Origin: Nageia nagi
Taxonomy: Eukaryota; Plantae; Pinophyta
Length of the DNA stretch: 64,000 nucleotides
Direction: 5' to 3'
NCBI GenBank assembly: GCA_050084985.1
Contig: JBITNC010000001.1
Span: 115,506,001 to 115,570,000, forward strand
The translations under genes and the position numbers were made by a program. Below are positions 1 through 10,929 of the stretch, piece by piece (positions within the stretch are counted from its first letter, which is position 1; each line of letters starts with the position of its first letter). The notes below the pieces were generated by a model. That model was not told where the DNA came from and did no database searches. It was given only the letters and a program-made list of their open reading frames with translations.

Positions 1-19
1 ATATTCATTTGTTAAACAT

Positions 20-2200
20 TATTTTTAAAATAATATTTGCATTTGTATTGTATCTCTTAATATTATAATTCAATAATCACGTGATGATGGATGCCACTAG
101 CTTTGATATAACTTATATATCAAAAAACACCGAGAGATATCATTTCGAGGCGCCTATCTCATTTCTTGGTATTGCTATATCCAAGATAGGCGCCTCTAAA
201 TGATATCTCTCAGCGTTTTTTGATATATAAGGGGTTATATCAAAGCTAGTTATTAACACCATGAAAGGAATAACTAAGTTGTAAAAGTGCAGATATTTGG
301 ACATCTTAGCCATTATCACCATTATAAGATAATTCCCATAGCATTTGGAGAGGCCCTCAATGAAATACATGAAACTATTAGCCCAAGTTTATTTTTGTAT
401 AGGCAAAAGATGAAGAAGGGTAGTAATTCCAACAATCTCACTTTTTTTTACATACATCACATTGAATAATAAATTTTTTGATATCTTATTTCATTCTAGT
501 CCAATAGAAGAAGAAGCTTACTCATTTGTAATCTTCAAAAAAATAGCATATGGTAGTCAAAGTAACATACAATAACTCTTAAATTATTATCTCATAGTAT
601 GAATAATTGGTAGATAGTACCTTGATATCCTTGAAATGTAGAATCCCATCATACAAAGAAAAATAGGGTTCACTAGCAGGGTCAATCTAGAGTTGGTGAA
701 TCAACAATTGAATATAGTTTTTATGGATTCATTCTTGTTTAAATTGATCAAGCCATCAAGGAACTAAATATGAAATTGATAGAAGTACCACAATAGCCTT
801 AAAATTTCAATAAATAAAATCAACAACCACATTTTCTCTATCCTTTCGATACATGACATCATAATCATACCCTACAAAATTTTTAACCTACTTTTATTAT
901 TTGAGAGTTGATATTATTTTTTGAGAAATTATTTCTAAATATGATGATCCATTCAAATAATAAAGTGTTGAATAATGAGATATGGTTTTCATCATTGAGA
1001 AATGTGAATAATAACTAATATTTATTTCTCATAGGTGGATTTAGCCAAATTTTTACTTAAGAAGACCTTGTTATTGAAAGCCAATATGACTATCATATTT
1101 TATCAATATTTTTCACAACATTATATGCTTGAGGAAATGTAGCTCTCCAAGTAAGGAAATGGATTTAAAGTTTTGAAACAAAAGCTTTAATGTAATATAT
1201 TAGACCTTGAAAAACCGTAGGTCATAGCTCTTGAAATCTACCATGATCTCTTGAGGATGTCTCATAAAGCTCATCAACTAGTCAAAAAGAGAGAAATCAT
1301 ATCCTTCTTATACAAAATTCTTGATAAACCCTTTCACAATATCATCCAATGAGTTAATAGAGATTACTAGCAAGGATCTATACCATTCAACTACTTTTTA
1401 CCTAAATATAAGGATAAGTAGCCTCATCATTATTTAATGTTTTATTATATTAAAATTTGTACCCAAGAAATCAATACCTTAGCAATGTTCCTAGGTTTGT
1501 TTCTTAGTATCATCATGAGTAAGTAGAACTTTGATAACTTTAAATGGTACATATCATGTATTGGTAGGAAAAGCTAATAGATTGGCATTATTCTATACTG
1601 GAAAAGTATTTTTAGTAGTCATGGGTTGAGTAGAGATTCTCATAAGAAAAACTTAAAGAGTAAGAGCCTAAAGAGGAATACGTCCAAGTGAAATAGAATA
1701 ATCTACACCTAGATCTTCTAATTATAATTAGGAGTTCAAAGAATTTAATGTACTCATGGGTATTTCTAGCATCACTTCTAGTAAGTCTATAAGATGGTGG
1801 TGGTATGGTTCAATATTCAATCAATTACAAGAATTGATCATTTTATTAATGAAAAAATAGTCATTAATAAGATCCAACACCATAAGAAAGTAATCTAACC
1901 AAAAATAACTAACAATAATTAGTTATTGTGGTAGTAAGACAACACATAGAAATGGTCTATGGGTTCACATCCCACCAAGAATTCCAAAACATAATTCTTG
2001 ATTCAAATTATACTCCCAAAGGATTTATCATTCACAAGTATCAATTTGAGTAATAATTTCTTGCATTAAAAGAGTGGTGGGATTGATGTGATCTCATTGA
2101 GTTATCTCTATCCAATCTCAAGTTAAAGATACAATCATATATAATTAAGAATAAAAGAAAACTAGAAATTTATAAGTGATAAAATAAAAATAGATAAAGA
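20..2200 (-). mobile_element. Degenerate Ty3/gypsy pol remnant (integrase, probably RT/RNase H); limits approximate
   Basis: ORF 140-370(-) begins MYFIEGLSKCYGNYLIMVIMAKMSKYLHF..IPF, a decayed gypsy integrase motif (MDFIEGLPKSxGxxxIMVVVDRLSKYAHF..HPF). Weaker RT-like pieces lie further right (FLG near 1465, FIKNF near 1325). Confidence 0.65.
96..250. repeat. Near-perfect fold-back (MITE-like hairpin) inserted into the gypsy integrase
   Basis: Arms 96-159 and 184-250 are reverse complements with 3 mismatches and one 3-nt indel; 24-nt loop; both ends read ACTAG/CTAGT. Confidence 0.85.
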
Positions 2201-3483
2201 GTGTGAGATACCAAAGAAAATTAAGACAAATAATAAGAACCTAAACTACAATCGAACTAAGTATTGAAATATAGATAAAAACCTTATTCATACTTAGGAT
2301 CAATTTAATCATTAATAAGATAGTATTTTATATTATTATAAATAGAAATATTAGTACTACAACACTACAATTATCCTTTTTTAGAATCTACTAGTTTCAT
2401 TTAATACATGTTGACTTTCATTTATTAGTTCTTTAAATAAGATATGGTGTGTCATGCTTATCTAGTATCTACTTCCAATTTTATGCATACTCTAAGATTT
2501 TTTATCATTTTTTTACAATTTTGAAGATCTATGGTACCTTTATGATAATCCTCCATAATTTTAGCTGAACAAAAGATCATTTATTATTATTTCAACAATC
2601 ATACTTCAACTTGCATAAGTTGTAGCTATCTAGGAATCAAAACTCTTCACTTGTTTATGTGCATAATGCATTTAGATATGATTATACTACTTGGAAGGAT
2701 GTCATATAGGTGTTGATACATAGGAATAAGTTCTAGATGCCATATGATAGCTTATCATAGAGTATTATGGTTAAGTCATTTTTGATGCATATGATGGTTG
2801 CTTACTCTATCTTTGTATCATGCTTTTGTTAGCTAAATATTAGCTTCATCCTACAAAACTATCAATCTTTGGTAAGACAATGATAATTAATTTTATCTTT
2901 TACCTATGATTTTTTTAGCTAAATCAAGACATAATCTTGGAAAAATATTCATTCTCACAATGAAGAATAGATCTTGTATAGCCTTCAAGGGATGAAATAT
3001 TATTGGTGAGTTAAGATATAAAAATTTACTTTACTAGGTTTGGTTATGGCCTTTTCGAATCTATACTTAAACTTTTTTTATTTTACATCTAATTATTATG
3101 AAAAAATATTGAAAAGGTCGAGAAAAGGGTTTATTATAGAGAAGGATACTTTGCATGAAAAAGGTCTAAGAGAGGATAATATTGTGGATTGGAGAAAATT
3201 GTACATAGTTTTAGGTTGTTATATTGCTCCATTAAAATTAGGATTATATGAAAAGTTTTACAAAACAAAAGATGTTTGTGATTATAATACTTATAGAAAT
3301 AAATTATGCTAGAAAGCAATATTAATGTTTAATAAACTACCTAATTTTTAAACTTGTCTCACTATCTGAATATTTGATATCAATACAGTTTGTTAAAATG
3401 AATAAAAAATATTCAAATAAGTATTAATTTTACTTAAAAAGATAAAATAATTTTATACATATAGTAAAATTACACACACACAG

Positions 3484-3484
<1 letters not shown>

Positions 3485-3519
<35 letters not shown>
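3485..3519. repeat. (TA)n microsatellite preceded by short (CA)n
   Basis: Seen directly. Confidence 0.95.
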
Positions 3520-3522
<3 letters not shown>

Positions 3523-3810
3523 AAGTAAGGTGGTAGCAACATGGGACATCATGTTCTTAGTTAATTTTGTAGAATTTCAATGGATCAAAATATGAAGGAT
3601 TGTTGATAAAGAGAAACCATGGATGGTGGAGATTGCCAAACACTCAAAGCATAACATTTTAGCTACAAATATTTAGGATGGCACACTTGTATTTTGAGTT
3701 GCATTTTCCATATGAAAAGAGATATGACTAGATAAAAGTACACTAAGAAAATACAAATAAGTTCAAAGAGGACCTCATACTTTGGAATATGGTGTGCAAT
3801 GGGAGAATCA

Positions 3811-4285
3811 TGTAGGAACTAATATTAACAATATAATTCCTAAACTACCAAGATCACATGAAAGCTCACAATTACATCTAATAATACACAAAGCAATCTC
3901 ACAACACAAGATATAAAGTGGTTCCTCCAACTAGGAGTACATCCACTAACTAGATCTTTAGTTCTCTCACAAATACAAGTCTCTTACAATTCTCCTAATC
4001 TTAACTCCTATACTTCTATCCTATAGCATATCCTTAATTCTTAAATTTGTGTTTTATTACAAAGGGGAAACCTTATATTTATAGGCCAAAATCCCTCCTT
4101 GGATGACCTAAGCATGAGATGCACACCTTTGACCCTAAGCATGCTCATGACTTAGAGTGTAGGACAAGTTACATTATTATATTCATTAAAATACTTAAGG
4201 TATCAAATAATACCTCTAAGTATTAGTGAATTTACATAGAAGATTTAATACATCTATTTACAATAAAGCATTATACATTCCAACA
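3811..4285 (-). repeat. 3' LTR of the copia-like element
   Basis: TGTAGGAACT...TTCCAACA; about 23 substitutions and 4 indels versus 14898-15373 (counted by eye). Confidence 0.93.
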
Positions 4286-4299
4286 CTCCCCCTTAATGC
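4286..4299 (-). other. Polypurine tract
   Basis: Reverse complement reads GCATTAAGGGGGAG and abuts the 3' LTR. Confidence 0.85.
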
Positions 4300-5403
4300 A
4301 ATATTGGGATAGAGTGTATAAGAGAAAGTAAGAGAGTTCTCCTCCAAATAGATACAATAGAAATGAGAAATTTTACATATTTTTAAAGTAAGAAAGATCT
4401 ATTTTGAGACTCATTACTTTACCAATTACAATTATTAACCACAACTAGTTTCAATGTTCATGAAGTAGTCATCCAACTAGAAGTCTGAAGAGTCTTTAAG
4501 AGCTTGCATACTTGAGGTAACAACCTACAATCTCAAAGAAACCTACAAGTCATAAGCAGCTCAGATAACAAGATCAATTAGATGCATCATATTTATATCA
4601 ACAAGGATAGATGAATGACACTATCCATACACTGATCATAATAAATTATCATAAATGCACAACAACAAGGATGACATAAATCATCAAGTATGATATCTAA
4701 GAATATCACTTGTGCATATATCAAGACATGTGCACTATAACATGTGCACTGGGGTATTTATTTTATATGAGGAGTGTCATCATAACAATACAACCAACTA
4801 ACAAATTTATCCCCTTTTATGACAACTTCATCAAACAAATATAGATAGATCATGCCATGAAGAAATGCTAATGGGACCAACAAGGACACCAATCATTATA
4901 GGAAAACCAAAGATCATAAGGCATAAAATTCCATCTTAAGTATCACATGAAGATGCATAGAGCCACAAGGTGTCAAACACTTGACTTGACCAAGAGTAAG
5001 CCAAGGAGAAGTCTAGCTTAACCATGCTACTAGTTAAGAGGGAAAGGATGAAATCAGTAGCATGAATCAAGCGACATGATTTAGATTTCATCAACCATAT
5101 GTAAAGAATCCATCATCATGGAAGTAGCTTCCATCATCATGGAAGAAATAAAAATGTGGCCACGAGTGCACTATAAGCGATCACGGAGATGCCAAGCCAA
5201 TGTTTATAGTCACTAATAAAGACTTGGATTTAAATTGCATTATAAGTCATCATAAAAATGCCAAGCTAATACTTATAGTCAATAAAAAACATATGTGGAT
5301 TTTATGGTGTACTATAAGTCATCACAGAATATGCCAAGCCAATACTTACAGTCACCTACTATATATAGAACATGTGTTGATTATCATTAGAAAATAGAGC
5401 ATG

Positions 5404-5822
5404 CACATAAGAGTTCCTCACATATGGATAACTAAATAGTGCCAAAAGACACATAAGAGTTATTCACATATGGATAACTGAATAGGGAAAAATTGAACAC
5501 AAATAGAGTATGCACATAAGAGTTCCTCTCATATGGATAACTGAACAGTGCCAAAAGACACATAAGAGTTCCTCACATATGGATAATTGAATAGTACAAA
5601 AGTGATCACAAATAGAGTATGCACATAAGAGTTTCTCTCATATAGGTAACTAAACATTGCCAAAAGAAACATAAGATTTTCTCACATATGGATAATTGAA
5701 TAGTGCAAAATTGATCACAAATAGAGTATGCACATAAGAGTTCCTCATATATGGATAACTAAATAGTGCCAAAATACACATAAGAGTTTCTCACATATGG
5801 ATAACTAAACAATGCAAAATTG
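5404..5822. repeat. Tandem array of 8 monomers alternating 46/63 bp (109-bp higher-order unit x4)
   Basis: Core CACATAAGAGTTCCTCACATATGGATAACT starts at 5404, 5450, 5513, 5559, 5622, 5668, 5731, 5777. Confidence 0.92.
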
Positions 5823-5837
5823 GCCAATTTGTACACC

Positions 5838-6280
5838 AAGTTCCTCATGCAGAGTGAACTTACCATGAAGGTGTACAACAAAATCAATTCTATTTGTACA
5901 AGAAGTTCCTCACACAGAGTGAACTTACCATGAAGGTATACAACAAATCAACTCTATTTGTATAATAAGTTCCTCACACAGAGTGAACTTACCATGAAGG
6001 TGTACAACAAAATCAATTCTATTTGTACAAGAAGTTCCTCACACAGAGTGAACTTACCATGAAGGTATACAACAAATCAACTCTATTTGTATAATAAGTT
6101 CCTCACACAGAGTGAACTTACCATGAAGGTATACAACAAAATCAACATGATATAGCACAAAGCCATCAACAAAAGATGCATGTAACAATGCCATCAATAA
6201 ATGAGACTTGGATTTAGAGAGTGGCCAAGTTGTACAACAAGTTCCTCATGCAAAGAGAACTTACCATGAAGGTGTACAAC
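5838..6280. repeat. Tandem array of 64/65-bp units (5 copies plus one detached copy)
   Basis: AAGTTCCTCACACAGAGTGAACTTACCATGAAGG starts at 5838, 5903, 5967, 6032, 6096 and, degenerate, 6239. Confidence 0.92.
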
Positions 6281-6504
6281 ACTATATAGCATAAACCCAA
6301 TAAAAGATGCATGGAACAATGCCATTAATAAAAAGGAATTGGATTTAATAATATAATATAATCCATCCAAAAAGAGATCCACCTTCCCAACATGGAAGTA
6401 ACAACAAAATGTTGATGAATAGAGCTGCAATTATTTCATCAAAAGCTTGCTTGGTTTTGAACAAGTTTGCATATGTATTACAATAGCCAATAAAGAATTC
6501 AGTC

Positions 6505-6740
6505 AATACTCCCCTTGGAGGGATATGTCATCAACCCTTCTTCAGAATGAGGCTTAGTGAATAGTGGACACATGATTTTGGTGTAGGAATGTCCATTTCA
6601 TATTAAAGCAGTTGATTGCTAAGATTATGGGTCAACTGTAGTAGGACCCATAGAAGGTTGAGATGCTATGTCCTCTAGAATGTGAATACCAAAGTGTTGA
6701 AGGATATCCTTATACTAGAAGGCCCTTTGCTTCCACTTTT
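6505..6740 (-). pseudogene. Copia RNase H C-terminal remnant
   Basis: Frameshifted minus-strand pieces KDILQHFGIH, PTTV..NLS and IPT....FTKP match copia RNase H (WLxxILxxxG / PTxIxCDNxSAI / IPTxxQxADIFTKP), ending in the typical AGGGGAGTATTG. Confidence 0.6.
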
Positions 6741-9700
6741 CCTTTAATTATCGCATGCCATAGTAGCTATAGTTTGCATTACCCTTAAGGTGCATCTCAA
6801 CCTCTTTGGCATGTAATTGCCATGTATTTTTCTCAGCTAGTAGTTTATTGTGCTCAACCAAGAGTTCATGGTACTACTATATACATATAGCATTCTTTTG
6901 TTGTAGCATATTATAATGTTGGCCCATTCTTTCCATATCAACTTTTATGGCAACTAGTTTGTGGCAAAGGTAGGCATTCTCTAAGTTTTCCCATATGTTT
7001 GTTTCTATATTAGAACTTAGGAAGGAACTTCCCATGTGTGCAACAAAATTCTCTATGGGCATCATGATGATCAATCTATCATTCATGAATAAACTACCCA
7101 ATTTAATGAGAAAAATAGCATAAGAAAAAAAGGCACCATGATGACTTAGTCATTACATGGTTTAGTGGTACTATCATTATTGCTGTCTTGACATGACATG
7201 ATGCATATGACTTCACTCAATTAAATGAGTGGTAGGTGAGATATTAATCTTCACAAATCTTTTTCTCTAGCTATCATCATTATTATAGTTTGAATATGTC
7301 AAGTCATATATGTTATAAATAGTCATAAATTAGCCTCGCTTGTCATTTGATGCTTTTTATTTATGATTTAAGATATTATCCATCATGGATATGTATCAAT
7401 TTCATGCCCTACCAAGTAATATTTAGGACAACATAGTGCATCACAGTGTTCATGCAACTTTAGAAAATCATTCTTTGATCGCATCTAAGGTGTTATTGCA
7501 ACAATAACTAGTATTTCTACAATTGTACCTAGTTGATCATTATGGGATTTGCATGATTCTTCAACTCAATCATGAGGATCATGTCCATCGATTATTTCAT
7601 TTGCTTAGTAGGCCTGATTGGTCATGGCATATAATGGTTTATACTCCATTCAATATCTATCTATTACAATTTGTATGTTATATTGGACCGTCATGCTTAC
7701 ATCCATAGAAGTATTTCAAACCACTCACTATTGCATGGGCAATCTGTCATCATGGGCTTCAATGGTCATCTATGTACTCTTTTTGTATTGCTTGGTGAGG
7801 TGAACATCATATTTTATGCCATCAATTTTCATTTGCTTATTACTTTCCACCTCTTTCACATCAATATCTATTAACATTGAACACAACTAACTTTAGCATA
7901 TCTAAAGATTATGCTAGTTCTTTGAATTCTGGTGACCATGTACTACACTAGCATTAATTAAGCTATAAGTGCCTCCCATTGGGCTTGTTAGTGTAAATAT
8001 TTTCCAACATTTTAATGAAGTAAATGATAAGGTCACATTATGCTTGTACTTGACCATTTTGATGTTTCCATTGATGATTGATGATCTAGTTAGTTTGGAA
8101 TTCTATAAATTCATTATATTCTAGTTGATCATCATCATTTTTACTTATGTAAGAAACCTTTAGAGAGAGCTAACTCACTTTGTTAGTCATCATGGACATG
8201 ACCACTTTCCAAGGTCTACATGCAGATCTTTCCCAAGATGTGCTTTATCAATGTATTCAAGGTCGAGTCTTATAGCATGCCTACACTATGTTGCAGACTA
8301 CGATGCACCAAAACTTGGTTCGCATACAAAGAGATCGAAGTCTTTGTTGATGGGCCATATGATTTATCCATCACTTGGAGGATGTTGAGTAGTTGCACCT
8401 CATACTTACACTTATTTTTCATATAAAATAGACATGGAAGATTGTTCTATATTATTCATGGACACCCTTTATCTTTCATTTTTTGCACTTTGTAGGTTCT
8501 TCAAGGCTCCATCCTCATGAGGATATCACCCTTATACTATTGCACTTATAGTATGGCAATGAGATATTCATTGGGAGTCCATGTTTGTGTCACAACTAAC
8601 ATGAGAAAAAGATTAATGGGTCTACTATCCATTTTTCGATATCAGGTGTTGGTTTGCCCTGATTACTCATGATGTGTTATTCTCTATTATTAACCTAGTT
8701 TCTCTCTTTATTATTCTTAGCTTGGCTATCCACTCGATCATGTGAGTGGAACTTTTTAGAAAAAATAAATCATTTATTTGATAAAGTTCCAAGTTTCTCA
8801 AAATAAGCTGCAAATACAATAATGTAATTTTAACAACATTATAAATAATGATGCCCATAAAACATAATAATGCTAGTAAATAAGGATGAACAAATGCTTA
8901 TGCTTGTAGAACAAATCACCATAGCATGGTATAAAAATGAACACCATTGAATATAGAGTGACATTGTTGAGGCTTGTTGTCTTGTCTAAAATTAGGTCTT
9001 CACTTGAATGCCCACATAACAGGAGTCTAAGTCCTACGAATCCTCAACCAGTTCCCCTTGGGAGCAATATAATCTCATAAGGGGAGTAGGAGCTATTTTC
9101 CAAGTTTTAACATTTATTGGATCGACCAAATTATTAATCTTGATTAGGTTTCAAGTTGTCCTCATAGGTTATCAAGATAATTCTTGCATAGATGGGTAGA
9201 TATGTGGTATCACTACACACATACCTATCCACCTATTGGAGTTAAATCCAGACCGACAAAGAACTTAGGGGAAATTAAATAGTATGAACTTTTCACTACT
9301 TGGATTGTAAGACTTAAAGGCTCTAGTTCATCTATCCTCACCTCGTGGCTCCCCAAATAAGTCATGTTATGAAAAGAACATGCAAATGTGTTCATTTTAG
9401 GGGGTTGCTCATATCAATGTTTGCATTTTTGTTGCATAAGCAAGTAAATAAAAAATATGAAACATGAAATAAAAGTTAAGTGTCCAATGGACTTTGTTCG
9501 CAACCCCTAAAGGACATCGTTACATCATTTCTTATTTTGCATAAAGTCCATTAATTTTGCAATAAGGGCATTCATCAATCCCATAATTGATAAGCATGCA
9601 TCATTAAATTAAATAAGTATGCATTAAAAAATTAAGCATGTATTGTTACTTCATAAGAACTAAAATTGAAGAGGCATTACTAAGCATTTTGAATTCATAA

Positions 9701-9749
9701 GCATGCATTGGTGATTTAAAAGGATTGAGGTTAAAGTTTAAGTCCATAA

Positions 9750-9931
9750 AAAATAATCACCTAACTTTTAAGTAAAATACATGTTAGGAGGATCTAAACA
9801 TTTAAATAAAATATTCCTCCTTAATGCATTAATGAATAAAAATAATCACCTAACTTTTAAGTAAAATACTTGTTAGGAGGATCTAAACATTTAAATAAAA
9901 TATTCCTCCTTAATGCATTAATCAATAAAAT
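9750..9931. repeat. 89-bp tandem duplication (2 near-identical copies)
   Basis: AAATAATCACCTAACTTTTAAGTAAAATAC... at 9751 and 9840. Confidence 0.9.
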
Positions 9932-10929
9932 ACTCCCCTTAAGGCATTAAGGAAAATACTCCCCCATAAAAATAAGATCCCCCTTTTGACTTAGAAAATG
10001 AGATCCTTGAAAAAGGTGAAAAATAAAAGGTAAGGTGGTGGTAGGTAACTATTGAACAATAAAAGGATTAGTGGCAGGCAAGATGGAAAAAGAGGATAGA
10101 AGGTAGGTGGTTATGGACAGACCCAAAAAATGGAGTGATGGGGTAACTATTTCCATGATCCAACCAATAGGTCAAATAATTACGGCACGATGCAAACCAA
10201 AAAAGGTAGATAGAATGAGTAAGAGAGTCCACCTTGACCATGCATACTGCTACTAGCTACTACCTAGGCAATGCATTAAGGTTAGGATGGATGATGCCAG
10301 TGTGAGGAGGTAGTTAGTCAAACAATGCATGGTCAAGATTAACAAATCTAGTTTATGCATATTTGAATATCAAGATACCTAAGAAACTATGGTTGCATTA
10401 TGCACCTTATCAAACAACAAGCGAGACTAGGTTAGGTGTCCACATTTGGCATACAGGGAAAGTAGGACATTCACAACCATAAGAGGTGACTGATAGCTAT
10501 GTGTAAAGGGTAGAAACTAGTGGAAAATTACCTTAGTGGATGTAGGCATGGAGGACATGGGGATGATATATGTAGGGACATGGAAGATCCATCCGAGGTA
10601 AGGATAGTGGGGAGGTAGCACTTTAGTGGGCTCTGTTCCCCTATGTTTAGTACCCTCATGATATCAACATGAACTGAATATGTTCCTTGCATCTATGTTG
10701 AAGATTTGGGTAGGTAGGATTATGAAAGCAAAAAGAAAGAGCATGACATATGTAACAAGTCATCACTTGGATGCGAAATAATGATGTAGTGAATCAATTA
10801 TTTATTTGAGTTAAAAGTGGAGCAAAAGATGTAGCAAAAAAAATTATTTCAATGCATACTATTAAAGTTTTGAAAGGGTTTCAGTTTCAATACCTTCACA
10901 AAGGTTTCTATTTAAACACTTTTAGGAAG

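Noticed and set aside
5404-6150. CRISPR-like repeat-spacer appearance
   Set aside because: The 'spacers' are themselves repeated in alternation, there are no cas genes, and the array lies inside a plant LTR element.
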